A stretch of 64,000 nt of DNA, from positions 1 to 64,000 of the IMG/VR virus record IMGVR_UViG_3300028198_000256; one strand, given 5' to 3'. The DNA is from a virus. The translations under genes were made by a program, and so were the position numbers. Of this stretch, positions 20,891-31,581 are shown piece after piece. Under the pieces are notes generated by a model. The model was not told where the DNA came from and made no database searches. It was given only the letters and a program-made list of their open reading frames with translations. The number at the start of each line of letters is the position of its first letter. Within the stretch, counting starts at the first letter, position 1.

Positions 20891-21568
20891 TTATTCCTGA
20901 TCAGGAATATCCTCAACTTCCTTTTCAGTACCGACAACTCCCTGTAATGCATTTAATAACTCAATACATTCTTCTACTATCTCATTCCTCTCAGATGGTG
21001 TCAACTGAGTGACAAAGATTGTATTTCGTATACCTAATATACTATCTAAATGGTCATCCGTTATCTGCGGATTTACTTCCTTGTATAGTGCCGAGGAATA
21101 TATTCGGAGGTCATCTGCAACTGAATGGATCTTTACTTCCTTTCCAGATTTCTTGTCCTTTATTGTCTCATATACTGACCATGTATTACGAATAGCTGAG
21201 GAACACGTCATTAATTGCTCTGCCGTTTCATAGATAGATTGCTTTATGTTTTCTTTCGGAGATGATACTTTTTTTGCCATTGCCCTATCTTCTGATATCC
21301 TCTCACGTTCTCTATCTTCTTCCTCATAATACGCTTTAATTCTTATCTTTTCACGTGCCTCCCATTCAACTTGATCCGGTGGGGTTATGCAAGAATATAA
21401 ACAGTCCGAATTGTCAAACGACGAACCCGCCTGAGCATTTGCAACAAAACCCAGAACATATAATATACTCAAAACCCAGAATATACCTACCAATATTATT
21501 ACAAACCGCACTATTAAATCCATACTGAACTTCTTTATTAAATTTAGTATATCTCTCATCTCTCTCAC
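20891..21568 (-). CDS. Hypothetical membrane-anchored protein
   Basis: 225-aa ORF with N-terminal TM segment followed by ANAQA. Confidence 0.6.
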   Translation of the reverse strand: MREMRDILNLIKKFSMDLIVRFVIILVGIFWVLSILYVLGFVANAQAGSSFDNSDCLYSCITPPDQVEWEAREKIRIKAYYEEEDRERERISEDRAMAKKVSSPKENIKQSIYETAEQLMTCSSAIRNTWSVYETIKDKKSGKEVKIHSVADDLRIYSSALYKEVNPQITDDHLDSILGIRNTIFVTQLTPSERNEIVEECIELLNALQGVVGTEKEVEDIPDQE

Positions 21569-22081
21569 CTATAATATAATTTCGGTACTCTCTATAATGA
21601 TATCATTCACTGGAACATTCTCATGCTGACGTACCGTGATTTTCTCTACTGATGATAGAGAATCTAATACATCCATCCCCTCTATAACTTTTCCAAATAC
21701 AGCATATCCCCAACCCTGTTGCGTCTTACCTGTATGATTTAGAAAACTATTATCTGCATAATTTATGAAAAACTGTGCAGTTGCTGAGTGCGGAACTCCT
21801 GTCCTTGCCATGGATATAGTTCCTCTCTTATTAGACACACCATTGTCTGCCTCATTCAGTATCGGTCCCTTAACAGTTTTTTGTGTCATTTCGTCGTTTA
21901 TCATCGGCTCAAATCCACCACCCTGTATCATGAATCCTGGTATCACTCTATGGAATATTGTACCATCATAAAAATTTTCATTACAATAACTTAAAAAATT
22001 CTCACACGTTACTGGGGAATTCTCTTCATCCAATTCTATTACTACTTCTCCATAATTCGTTATCATTTTTACTTTTTTCAT
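21569..22081 (-). CDS. ppiB: Cyclophilin-type peptidyl-prolyl isomerase
   Basis: FYDGTIFHRVIPGFMIQGGG, MARTGVPHSATAQFFIN, GWGYAVFGKV. Confidence 0.95.
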   Translation of the reverse strand: MKKVKMITNYGEVVIELDEENSPVTCENFLSYCNENFYDGTIFHRVIPGFMIQGGGFEPMINDEMTQKTVKGPILNEADNGVSNKRGTISMARTGVPHSATAQFFINYADNSFLNHTGKTQQGWGYAVFGKVIEGMDVLDSLSSVEKITVRQHENVPVNDIIIESTEIIL

Positions 22082-22208
22082 TTTTTCACCTTTCAAATAT
22101 TTTTTTCAAATAAAATTTTTCAAATAAACACTTTTTCACAGAGTGAGCCTTTACCCCTTTCTCGGCAACCTACCCCACTTCCTAATATAAAGTGTCAAGC
22201 GTTGATTG

Positions 22209-22541
22209 CTATCTCCAATCAGTTATTATATAATATACTAATAATATACATGATATACCAATTAATATAGGTAATAATAATATAGCTATAATATAGTTGA
22301 ATATGTTAATATTATCTGTTCTCATAGACTCCCACCTCATATTATTACTTTTAGCCCCGTCGTCTGAACGTTTCCATCGTTTCACTTTCTGTATATATTC
22401 ATCTATATTATATAATGGTTTAGTATATGATTTACCATTAGAATACATGTATATATTATACCCAAAGAGTAGACATACTAATATGGCTACTCCAAAGGTA
22501 CCGGTACATATTATTAATACTGTTGAATATACCGTTAACAT
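22209..22541 (-). CDS. Hypothetical two-TM protein
   Basis: 110-aa ORF directly after gp32. Confidence 0.5.
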   Translation of the reverse strand: MLTVYSTVLIICTGTFGVAILVCLLFGYNIYMYSNGKSYTKPLYNIDEYIQKVKRWKRSDDGAKSNNMRWESMRTDNINIFNYIIAILLLPILIGISCILLVYYIITDWR

Positions 22542-22545
22542 AATA

Positions 22546-23496
22546 TTACCAATCAGTATTGGCTAATTTATTGAAATAGCTAATATCCTCATCATCCTCA
22601 TCAGTTTCCGTTAAAACCTCTCTATCGTCCTTAGAATCCCTTACAACACCCTTTTCAGTAGTAGCATGAACTTCCCCTGATATTGGCATTGATGGTGCTG
22701 GTTCAGTAATTAATACCGGTTCATCTACTTTCTTAAATTCCGTTTCCATTGATTGGTCCTCAAATCCTAATACTTTATATAATCTGGCAGCCAAATCATC
22801 ATAAGATTTAAATGCAGTATCTGGGTCAGTAAACTCATCTAAAAACTTAATCTGTTCTGCTACCGTTAACGTGAAATCATCATCATCTGAAAATGATGTA
22901 GCACTACCAAATTCTGATTTATCATAATTAATATACCCATCTACCTTACGGATCTTTAATTTAAAGTTGCAACCCTCATCAAAATCGAATGGGTTACGTG
23001 GTACCTCATCAGGAAATTCAGGTATCATTAAATTATGTATCTTCTCATATATCTTTTTACCATACTTATATAAGAATACCTTTCCATCATTATCAGGATT
23101 ACTTGGGTCATCCACCACATATATATAACTTATATAATGTAATCTTCTCTTACGATCCCTCGCAATATTACGCGAAGCCGTATCCCCTGTATCCCATAAC
23201 TTTGTGTTCTCTTTACATAATGGGCATTTACCATTAATCGTTGTTGGGCAATTCTCTAAATACCATCCACCTGGACCTTGGAATCCATGAGAAAATACCT
23301 GTCTCCATGGTATATCGCCTTCTCTTTCTACTGGTAAAAATCGTATTGTTGCGAATCCATTACCACTTTTATCAGTAGTTGGCTTCCAAAATCTCTCATC
23401 TATATAACTTTTCTTTGTGCCTGATGACTTAGCTAATTCATTTGTCAACTTATCTATAGACATCTTATTCTTTCTAAACTTATTTAATGCACTCAT
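22546..23496 (-). CDS. gp32: Single-stranded DNA binding protein gp32
   Basis: DERFWKP..DKSGNGFATIRFLP, HGFQGPGGWYLENC, KVFLYKYGKKI, acidic tail ending YFNKLA. Confidence 0.97.
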   Translation of the reverse strand: MSALNKFRKNKMSIDKLTNELAKSSGTKKSYIDERFWKPTTDKSGNGFATIRFLPVEREGDIPWRQVFSHGFQGPGGWYLENCPTTINGKCPLCKENTKLWDTGDTASRNIARDRKRRLHYISYIYVVDDPSNPDNDGKVFLYKYGKKIYEKIHNLMIPEFPDEVPRNPFDFDEGCNFKLKIRKVDGYINYDKSEFGSATSFSDDDDFTLTVAEQIKFLDEFTDPDTAFKSYDDLAARLYKVLGFEDQSMETEFKKVDEPVLITEPAPSMPISGEVHATTEKGVVRDSKDDREVLTETDEDDEDISYFNKLANTDW

Positions 23497-23557
23497 TGCT
23501 TATATCCTCTTATCGTTGTATATTAATATCGTTATATCTACTATCATTATATAATAT

Positions 23558-23583
23558 TATAGTGTCAATATACTGACACTATA
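23558..23583. other. 10-bp perfect inverted repeat between gp33 and gp32
   Basis: tatagtgtca-atatac-tgacactata. Confidence 0.75.
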
Positions 23584-23595
23584 TCCAGAGTTAAC

Positions 23596-23829
23596 TCAAA
23601 ATATTATCTCTGGTACTGCCTCTATCTTAAGTAATTTCAATTTACTCGATTCATACTTTATCTTATCTATTATTAATGGACTTAATAATGACATTATATC
23701 TTCTATCTCTATATTATTATCCTCTGCATATTCTGATATTATCTCTATATATGTACAACTATCTGTAATAGATTTAATATCCTCTATATCAGAACATACT
23801 GAAGCACTAGTAATTATATTTAATGGCAT
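23596..23829 (-). CDS. gp33: Late transcription coactivator gp33
   Basis: YIEIISEYAEDNNIEIE..LLSPLIIDKIKYESSKLKLL; next to gp32 and gp59. Confidence 0.8.
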   Translation of the reverse strand: MPLNIITSASVCSDIEDIKSITDSCTYIEIISEYAEDNNIEIEDIMSLLSPLIIDKIKYESSKLKLLKIEAVPEIIF

Positions 23830-23870
23830 TAATTCTCCCCTTAATTTAATATATTAACCTCTACACAGAT

Positions 23871-23899
23871 AGTATAACACAATATAGTGCCTTTGTCAA
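23871..23899 (-). promoter_or_regulatory. Sigma70-type promoter for gp33/gp32
   Basis: TTGACA-17nt-TATACT. Confidence 0.75.
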
Positions 23900-24076
23900 G
23901 TCGATTGAGATTTCCTGACTACTTATACATAATTTGTATGAAAATATACTCGGAACATCTCCAAATGATAATGATTCTCAGTTAGATTTAATCATTTTAT
24001 ATAATATATTTACTATAATAATTGATTATAGCAAACCCCATGTCAAAAAATTGACATACGTGTGTGCCGTATACAC

Positions 24077-25075
24077 TCAAATATCATGTTTTTTAGTTAG
24101 GTCGTTGACTCTTTCTTTTTTAATTCTAGATAGCGTATTCCCTATTGCAATGTTATTAGTATCATTGGAATATTCCCCACCGCCTAAACCTATTTTATCT
24201 ATATTATTATCTATATTATTATCTATACTATTATCTATACTATTATCTATATTATTATCTTCTATCTCTATAATATTATGTATTATATTATCTCTCGTTG
24301 CTCCTATTATATCATCATTATTTCTATTATCATATTCTTTTTTCAATATAATAGTTCCCGATAGAGTAAGTAATAGAGCAAGAGGATCGAATACGAAAAT
24401 AATAAGAATGATCAATATATTAAGAGAATTATTATAATCATTAATATTAAATAGTTTAGCAATAGAAATGATAGGACCGACTTCATTTAAATTATCTTGA
24501 TTTTTTGACTGTTCGTTATGTATTATATTATTAATAGTATGTATATCATTATTAGACTGATTGATAACATTATTTAGATTATCTCTTTCTACTTTTTGAT
24601 TATTTCTAGTATTAATTGCGCCCTGTGGTCCTCTAATTCTATCATATTTAATAAGAGTATCGATAGTATCATCTAATTGATTTCTTTGTTTTATAGCGGA
24701 GTTGATAATTGATTGATAATATAGAATTTGTTTATTATTATATTCTTGATTAATATTAGATTGTTGAATATCATTATTAATATTGGCGGATGAATTAGAT
24801 AAGAACCCGTATACACCTAAAGAAGTAATCATCATAATACCAGTAATAGCGATTAAGAAATATGATTTCATAATTACTTTATAGTTATTCCATTGCAGAT
24901 ATAGCCAATTAATAGAAATGAGTTTAGCGATTTCTAGGCATACTCCCATAATAATAATAGGTATGACATTATTAATAAAGATTTGTACTAGTCCTGAAAT
25001 AGAGAAATAAGCTGCGGTTGCAGACATAATAACACCGAGTGTAATAACTAGTTTAGATTTTGTTATGTTTTCCAT
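24077..25075 (-). CDS. Conserved T4-like membrane/coiled-coil protein
   Basis: AAYFSISGL, MGVCLEIAKL, TSLGVYGFLS, IFVFDPLALLL. Confidence 0.75.
   Translation of the reverse strand: MENITKSKLVITLGVIMSATAAYFSISGLVQIFINNVIPIIIMGVCLEIAKLISINWLYLQWNNYKVIMKSYFLIAITGIMMITSLGVYGFLSNSSANINNDIQQSNINQEYNNKQILYYQSIINSAIKQRNQLDDTIDTLIKYDRIRGPQGAINTRNNQKVERDNLNNVINQSNNDIHTINNIIHNEQSKNQDNLNEVGPIISIAKLFNINDYNNSLNILIILIIFVFDPLALLLTLSGTIILKKEYDNRNNDDIIGATRDNIIHNIIEIEDNNIDNSIDNSIDNNIDNNIDKIGLGGGEYSNDTNNIAIGNTLSRIKKERVNDLTKKHDI
24193..24260. repeat. 12-nt tandem repeat encoding (N/S)NID-like units
   Basis: tattatctata(t/c), about 5 copies. Confidence 0.85.
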
Positions 25076-25685
25076 TTAGTATATTATAAGTTAAGTTAGC
25101 ATAGTATTTATTATCTAATTGAATAAACTGTTGGTATTTAGTAGCATTAGATATAAATTGATTAAAATATATATCCTTATGTAATATTTTATTAAAGAAG
25201 TTCAGTAGTATATTAAGTATAATAACTGATTCTATATTGATTTTATTATCTATTACAAGGTTATGCCAAATTGGATATTGATTATCTCCTTCGAGTATTA
25301 TATTTAGTTTAATATTATTATCTCTCATAATATAATGTAATATATTAATATCATTAATATAGTTATACTTCATAGATTGAATTTTTTTATTGTATGTATT
25401 ATAGTTTTTAATTGATTGTTGATTAATCAGGTCATTAATATACGGAATATTATTATGAATTTTAACGCCATTGCCTACTATTTGTGCAAGTATAAAGAGT
25501 TTAGCGTGTTGAGTATCTTTAAAATATTTGGCGTTGTATGCATACGCATATTTGTCTTTTCTTTGATTGAATTGATTATGATTAGTGAGTGATTTTCCTT
25601 GATATTTAATATAGTCATAAGATTGATTAAAATGTAGTTTGATTCCATTATATATTTGATATAGTTCAATAGGTTCAATTGTCAT
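25053..25685 (-). CDS. gp59: Helicase loader gp59
   Basis: YQIYNGIKLHF..YDYIKYQGK..RKDKY, INIESVIIL. Confidence 0.88.
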   Translation of the reverse strand: MTIEPIELYQIYNGIKLHFNQSYDYIKYQGKSLTNHNQFNQRKDKYAYAYNAKYFKDTQHAKLFILAQIVGNGVKIHNNIPYINDLINQQSIKNYNTYNKKIQSMKYNYINDINILHYIMRDNNIKLNIILEGDNQYPIWHNLVIDNKINIESVIILNILLNFFNKILHKDIYFNQFISNATKYQQFIQLDNKYYANLTYNILNGKHNKI

Positions 25686-26208
25686 TATTACTTGATTTTA
25701 GTGTTCCGCAGTCTCTGTCTTCAGTTTCTTCAAAATATTGTGAGTAATGGTTATTCATTTTAGGATTAAACCAGTTATCATTAACATTATGTTTCACGTG
25801 CCCGCATGATTTACATTTATCTTTATGGTGTTCGGGTATTCTAGGAACGGGTGTAGGTACTTTATTAGCGTCTACCCCCACCATAAGGAATTGAGCAGTA
25901 ATACATTTAACTTGGTTCGAAGTTTCAATATTTTCAGTTACTGCTACAATATCTATAGTCATAGAAGTTCTACCTACTTTGATGACTTCGCCTCTAATAG
26001 ATAGAAGGCAACCAATATCTATAGGTTCAAGGTATTGCACTTCAATAACTTTAGCGGTAATACAGTATAGTCTAGAAAATCTTCTAGACGTAGCGGAAGC
26101 GACTTGATCTAATAATTTAAGTAATTCTCCCCCATGCAGTTTATTATTAAAATTTGCCTGTTGTGGTGAAGGTGAAACAACAATAGTAGTTGATATTGGG
26201 TTATCCAT
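25675..26208 (-). CDS. Hotdog-fold acyl-CoA thioesterase
   Basis: ANFNNKLHGGELLKLLDQVA, VGRTSM, VDANKVPTPVP. Confidence 0.9.
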   Translation of the reverse strand: MDNPISTTIVVSPSPQQANFNNKLHGGELLKLLDQVASATSRRFSRLYCITAKVIEVQYLEPIDIGCLLSIRGEVIKVGRTSMTIDIVAVTENIETSNQVKCITAQFLMVGVDANKVPTPVPRIPEHHKDKCKSCGHVKHNVNDNWFNPKMNNHYSQYFEETEDRDCGTLKSSNNDN

Positions 26209-26223
26209 TTTGATTCTCCTTTA

Positions 26224-28035
26224 TTAGTCATACCCCATTGGTTCTCTAATAGTATCTTTTCTTTCTAATAAATCGTCAAGTTGATATTTATCAATAGTTT
26301 CATATTCCATTAAGCATTCAGTCATAGAATGTAGAATATCCATATTATCCTCAAGTATTTTCTGAGCCTTATCATAATTTTTAGTAGTTAATTTAATAAC
26401 TTCCTCATCTAATAGTTTAGATATTTCGGGTGAAATGCTTTGAGCGGGTTGCCCCATTGATCTACCCATAAAGGGATCTCCCTGTTCATCTTCATAACAA
26501 AGTGGTCCTACTGCGTCACATAATCCCCATCGTTTGACCATATTTCTAGCAATAGAAGTAGCACGTTCAATATCATTAGATGCACCAGTAGTAACTTTAT
26601 CTTTACCGTATATTAATTCTTCTGCGATACGTCCACCATATAATGATTGTAGTTGAGATTCTAATTTTTCTTTAGATGCAGAATAAGCGTCTTTCTCTGG
26701 TAGGAACATAGTAACCCCAAGTGCTCTACCTCTAGGCATAATAGACACTTTATATACTGGGTCATGGGTTTCTGTTAATCTACCTACGATAGCGTGTCCT
26801 GCTTCATGATATGCAGTCATACGTTTTTCATCTTCCCCCATCACCATAGTTCTCTTTTCTACACCCATAATCAATTTATCTTTTGCCCTTTCTAAGTCTG
26901 CCATGCAGACATTTTGTTTATTCTCTTTTGCCGCAAAAAGAGCAGCCTCATTAATAAGATTTGCAAGTTCGGCACCACTGAATCCTGTAGTACCTTGAGC
27001 AATATATTTTAATTTAATATCATCGGAAGTTGGAACTTTTCTCATATGCACTTGAAGTATTTGACCACGACCCTTGACATCAGGGAGTCCAACATTAATT
27101 TCTCTATCGAATCTTCCAGGTCTTAATAAAGCTTTATCTAACACATCTGCTCTATTGGTTGCACCGAGTATAACGATTCCATCCGAATCATCAAACCCAT
27201 CCATTTCAACTAATAATTGGTTTAAGGTTTGTTCTCTCTCATCATTACCCCCACCATGACCCGCTCCACGCTGTCTTCCTACTGCATCAATTTCGTCTAT
27301 GAATATAATACAAGGTGATGATTTTCTTGCCTCAGTAAACATATCTCTAACTCTAGATGCACCGACACCAACAAACATTTCCACAAAATCGGATCCAGAT
27401 ATAGAAAAGAATGGAACATCTGCTTCACCAGCAATAGCACGAGCAAGTAAGGTTTTACCTGTGCCTGGTGGACCAACCATCAATGCACCCTTCGGTATTT
27501 TTGCACCGAGTCTTACATATTTCGGTGGGTTTCGAAGAAAGTCTACCATCTCAGAAACTTCATCAAGAGCTTCTTCTACCCCTGCAACATCGGCAAAGGT
27601 AACTTTCCCCTTTAACGGTTCAAGTTTTTTGGCTTTATTTCCGTTTCCGGTCATTCCCCCGATTCCACCTCTTTTTTTCATATACCATATCCATACCCCT
27701 ATCAATAATAATATAGGAAACCAAGAAATAAATATAGAACCCAAAAGTGATGTTTCTTCTGGTGGATTTGCAATAACATCTACACCGTTTTCCAATAGAT
27801 CATCTACCATGTGAGGGTCATTCGGAGCATATGTTACAAACTGTCCACCATCACGATATTCGCCAACAACAGTTCCTCTCTTATCTATTACAACTTTCAG
27901 TACTTGCCCATCATTCACTAAATCTATGAATTTAGCATATGACACCTCTTGACCCATTTGTCCTTTATTCATATTCCCTAAGAATGAAATAAAGAAAAAT
28001 CCAATAACGGTCCAAACTAATAGTTTTTTTATCAT
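26224..28035 (-). CDS. ftsH: ATP-dependent zinc metalloprotease FtsH
   Basis: Two TM segments, [30 protein letters not shown]. Confidence 0.98.
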   Translation of the reverse strand: MIKKLLVWTVIGFFFISFLGNMNKGQMGQEVSYAKFIDLVNDGQVLKVVIDKRGTVVGEYRDGGQFVTYAPNDPHMVDDLLENGVDVIANPPEETSLLGSIFISWFPILLLIGVWIWYMKKRGGIGGMTGNGNKAKKLEPLKGKVTFADVAGVEEALDEVSEMVDFLRNPPKYVRLGAKIPKGALMVGPPGTGKTLLARAIAGEADVPFFSISGSDFVEMFVGVGASRVRDMFTEARKSSPCIIFIDEIDAVGRQRGAGHGGGNDEREQTLNQLLVEMDGFDDSDGIVILGATNRADVLDKALLRPGRFDREINVGLPDVKGRGQILQVHMRKVPTSDDIKLKYIAQGTTGFSGAELANLINEAALFAAKENKQNVCMADLERAKDKLIMGVEKRTMVMGEDEKRMTAYHEAGHAIVGRLTETHDPVYKVSIMPRGRALGVTMFLPEKDAYSASKEKLESQLQSLYGGRIAEELIYGKDKVTTGASNDIERATSIARNMVKRWGLCDAVGPLCYEDEQGDPFMGRSMGQPAQSISPEISKLLDEEVIKLTTKNYDKAQKILEDNMDILHSMTECLMEYETIDKYQLDDLLERKDTIREPMGYD

Positions 28036-28044
28036 AATCTTATC

Positions 28045-30435
28045 CTATATTTCAAATATTTCAGATTCTACTGATCTAACAACATTATTCATTGTTAAAA
28101 TAGAATCATAGTTAAGTGATAGAGAATCAATCCCTTGATTAACCAACCACGAAGTTATTTCTGGGAAATCTGATGGTGCTTGACCACAAATCCCGATATA
28201 TTTACCATGTTTTTTACATGATGTTATTGCCATTTCCATTAATTTAAGCACTGCTTCATTCCTTTCGTCACATCCTTCAATATTAGAAGAATCTCTGTCA
28301 ACTCCAAGTGTTAATTGAGTTAAATCATTAGACCCTATAGAAAACCCGTCACAATATTCCAAGAATTCATCTGCTAATAGGGCATTTGCTGGTATTTCAC
28401 ACATAAAAATGATTTTAATACCATTTTTCCCTGATTTTATACCATTTTCCGCTAATAATTCTATTACATTCTTAGCCTCTGTGATTGTTCTAATAAAAGG
28501 CACCATCACCTGTATATTAGTTAACCCATATTCTAGAATAACTTTCCTTATTGCGGAGCATTCCAACTCAAATGCAAGTTCAAATTCGGGTGAATTGTAC
28601 CTATATGCACCCCTAAACCCAATCATGGGATTTTCTTCTACTGGTTCATAGAGTTGTCCACCGTATAAATGGGAGTATTCATTAGATTTGAAGTCAGATA
28701 GTCTAAATATAACCGGTTTAGGGTATACTGAAGCAGCAATAGTGGCAATACCATCTGCGAGTCTGCTTCTATAAAATTCTGTTGGTCGTGAATACCCAAT
28801 TGTTTTTTCCGTTATATAGTCATACATCTCATCAGATAAGAGTGCCCAATTAAGTATTGCATTGGGGTGTATACCGATACGAGAATTAATTATAAATTCT
28901 AATCTGGCAAGTCCAATACCATCATTTGGATATTTTGATACTTTAAATGCCATATCAGGATTACCCAGATTAAGCATTATTTTAGTTTTTGTTGGTTTGA
29001 ATGATGAAAAATCAGTTTTTTCTGTAGTATATGGTAATATACCATTATAAACATACCCTATTTCACCTTGGGCACAAGATATTGTTACATCTTCTCCATT
29101 TTCTATGGTAGAAGTGGCATCATCACACCCCACCACTGCTGGGATACCTAATTCTCTTGCTATAATCGCAGCATGACAAGTTCTCCCCCCTCTATTAGTA
29201 ATGATACCAGAAGATTTCTTCATTATTGGTTCCCAATCTGGGTCTGTTATATCAGTTACCAATATATCACCATCATTAAATTGATTCATATCCGACACAT
29301 CATTAATTATAGATGTTTTACCAGATCCAATTTTAGAACCAATAGGTTTACCTGTAGTAATCACATCTGACATACGTTGAAGTGTAAACACCTCGTCAGC
29401 ACACCCAGAATCCACAGAATGGACTGTTTCTGGACGTGATTGAACTATAAAGATTTCCTTGGTTAAACCATCAATTGCCCATTCTATGTCCATATGTGTT
29501 TTCTTACCATATTTCTTAGAATAGTGTTCTTCAATGATTACTGCTGATTTAGCTAATGATATAACTTGGTCATCCGATAAACAAAATTCTTGTTGTAATG
29601 ATTTATCAACTTCTATATTATTTGTTCTATTAGACTCCGAATATATCATTTTGACTAATTTAGTACCAAGATGTCGTTGTATAATAGAATTATACCCACG
29701 TTTTAGTGTTGGTTTAAATACATAAAACTCATCGGGGTTAACATTACCAGAGACTACATTTTCACCCAATCCGTATGCACCAGTAATAAACACAACATCA
29801 TCAAACCCAGATTCAGTATCAAGTGTGAACATAACACCTGCGGTACCTCTATCGGAACGCACCATTTTTTGAATACCTATTGACACTCTTATATCTTTAT
29901 GAGAATATCCATTAGATACTCTATATGATATAACTCTATCAGTAAATAATGATGCAAATACTAATTTACATGCGTGGATTATATCCACATCTCCAAATAC
30001 ATTAAGATATGTTTCTAACTGTCCAGCAAATGAATTTGATATTGAATCTTCGGTAGTTGCGGAGGATCTAACAGCAACAGAGCCACCAAGGTCATGATAT
30101 GATGTTAATATCTCTGATTCTAAGTCTGGTGGCATATCACCATTAATAAACCAAGATCTAATAGTTGTACCAACATCAGATAAGGAATCCACATCATCGA
30201 CATCAATAGTTTCTAATATATCCTCGATTTTAGATGATAAGTGATTATAATCTACATAATCACAATACCCATCAACGGTTACGGCGAACCCATTAGGCAC
30301 ATTAATACCAGAATCGGTAAGTTCAGAATACATTTCACCTAATGAAGCATTCTTACCACCTACCAACGAAACATCTGATATATTTAATTTACCAAAATTT
30401 CTTATATATGATAAATTGTTATCATTTTCGGACAT
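28045..30435 (-). CDS. ppsA: Phosphoenolpyruvate synthase
   Basis: VGGKNASLGEM, VAVRSSAT, GGRTCHAAIIARELG, FSIGSNDLTQL. Confidence 0.98.
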   Translation of the reverse strand: MSENDNNLSYIRNFGKLNISDVSLVGGKNASLGEMYSELTDSGINVPNGFAVTVDGYCDYVDYNHLSSKIEDILETIDVDDVDSLSDVGTTIRSWFINGDMPPDLESEILTSYHDLGGSVAVRSSATTEDSISNSFAGQLETYLNVFGDVDIIHACKLVFASLFTDRVISYRVSNGYSHKDIRVSIGIQKMVRSDRGTAGVMFTLDTESGFDDVVFITGAYGLGENVVSGNVNPDEFYVFKPTLKRGYNSIIQRHLGTKLVKMIYSESNRTNNIEVDKSLQQEFCLSDDQVISLAKSAVIIEEHYSKKYGKKTHMDIEWAIDGLTKEIFIVQSRPETVHSVDSGCADEVFTLQRMSDVITTGKPIGSKIGSGKTSIINDVSDMNQFNDGDILVTDITDPDWEPIMKKSSGIITNRGGRTCHAAIIARELGIPAVVGCDDATSTIENGEDVTISCAQGEIGYVYNGILPYTTEKTDFSSFKPTKTKIMLNLGNPDMAFKVSKYPNDGIGLARLEFIINSRIGIHPNAILNWALLSDEMYDYITEKTIGYSRPTEFYRSRLADGIATIAASVYPKPVIFRLSDFKSNEYSHLYGGQLYEPVEENPMIGFRGAYRYNSPEFELAFELECSAIRKVILEYGLTNIQVMVPFIRTITEAKNVIELLAENGIKSGKNGIKIIFMCEIPANALLADEFLEYCDGFSIGSNDLTQLTLGVDRDSSNIEGCDERNEAVLKLMEMAITSCKKHGKYIGICGQAPSDFPEITSWLVNQGIDSLSLNYDSILTMNNVVRSVESEIFEI

Positions 30436-30453
30436 AAATATCCTCCAAATATA

Positions 30454-30678
30454 TTATAGTATAATACCTTTAATCACTTCAAGTATCCCAAATGAAGTCA
30501 ACAGATACAATAAGCAAGCACCATAAACCATATGTTTAATCTGTACTAATGTATAATTGACCCCATCTATAGACTGAGATAACTGTTTATTTGTCTCTTT
30601 TAATTCTTGTATATCTTCATCGTGTTCTGATAAATGCCACTCATGACGTTCTAATAAAACTCTATCTTCTACTTTCAT
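30454..30678 (-). CDS. Small coiled-coil protein with C-terminal TM (XhlA/holin-like)
   Basis: Domain layout only. Confidence 0.5.
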   Translation of the reverse strand: MKVEDRVLLERHEWHLSEHDEDIQELKETNKQLSQSIDGVNYTLVQIKHMVYGACLLYLLTSFGILEVIKGIIL

Positions 30679-30717
30679 ATATTACTCTATATTGTTAATA
30701 GTTGAGTTATATTTATA

Positions 30718-31368
30718 TCATTTAGAATAGTATACATCTACCGACTTATGCATATGTTCAAAGAACTTAATGATTTTATTCTTTTGTCGAGTAGTATAGT
30801 TAGAATACCCCTCTTTCATCTCTGGATCTGTCTTAGACAACAGAAATTCAGAATGTTTCTCATCAATCCATTTAATTAAATACTTTTTATATGATGGTTT
30901 AATTTCAGAAGTTTTTAAATATGATTTCATATCAAACTTCTGTGTCATACCAGATTCTAAAAACTCTTCAAATCCATCATCTAATCCATCAATATACGAA
31001 TCACCCTTGATACGCATTCTTTCTTGAATTGTAATACGTTTAATTGGATTCTTAATAGGTTCTTTATCTTTTAACTGATCTACCCACTCATTCATCCATT
31101 TAATGGTCTTGGTATCGGTGACTTGCCCTCTATCAATCAATCGTGCAACAACTGATGATGTTAGATAAGACACTTTCTCATCAACAACCTTATCCAATCC
31201 TCTAGATTTAAGATAATCTGATAGATATTTTTCTTTCGTTTTGGTATCAACCATTGCGGCATACCAACTCAAGGCAGACATAAGTTCAAATTGTGTATAA
31301 TCTTCCGACAATACAGGTTCGACTAAATCCGTTGCCCATTTTGCTCTAATTTTTTTCTTCATACTCAT
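30718..31368 (-). CDS. Conserved T4-like hypothetical protein
   Basis: ALSWY, TIQERM, EMKEGYSNY. Confidence 0.7.
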   Translation of the reverse strand: MSMKKKIRAKWATDLVEPVLSEDYTQFELMSALSWYAAMVDTKTKEKYLSDYLKSRGLDKVVDEKVSYLTSSVVARLIDRGQVTDTKTIKWMNEWVDQLKDKEPIKNPIKRITIQERMRIKGDSYIDGLDDGFEEFLESGMTQKFDMKSYLKTSEIKPSYKKYLIKWIDEKHSEFLLSKTDPEMKEGYSNYTTRQKNKIIKFFEHMHKSVDVYYSK

Positions 31369-31374
31369 AATATA

Positions 31375-31572
31375 TTACCACTTTCCAAGTTGAACATACG
31401 TATTAAAATCATTACATTCAGTCATACAACCATTTGCAAAGTCACATCCCACACAAGGAGCATCATTTATATATGTAGACTCCCTTCCCCTAACATCTCT
31501 ATCAGAATTGAATGTTGCATAAACTGTATCATCTGTCTTTATAATATCCACACTTTCACTACACCACACCAT
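31375..31572 (-). CDS. Small Cys-rich hypothetical protein
   Basis: PCVGC...C..EC. Confidence 0.5.
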   Translation of the reverse strand: MVWCSESVDIIKTDDTVYATFNSDRDVRGRESTYINDAPCVGCDFANGCMTECNDFNTYVQLGKW

Positions 31573-31581
31573 AATATAATC

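Noticed and set aside
23934-24437. 167-aa plus-strand ORF with ILLS repeats
   Set aside because: It is the antisense reading of the 12-nt repeat in the minus-strand membrane protein gene.
27299-27814. 171-aa plus-strand ORF and similar antisense ORFs across the window
   Set aside because: They lie opposite well-conserved genes and show no RBS or motifs.
25675-30435. Bacterial chromosome or prophage boundary at thioesterase-ftsH-ppsA
   Set aside because: The thioesterase overlaps gp59, composition and strand match the phage genes, and the usual bacterial neighbours are absent.
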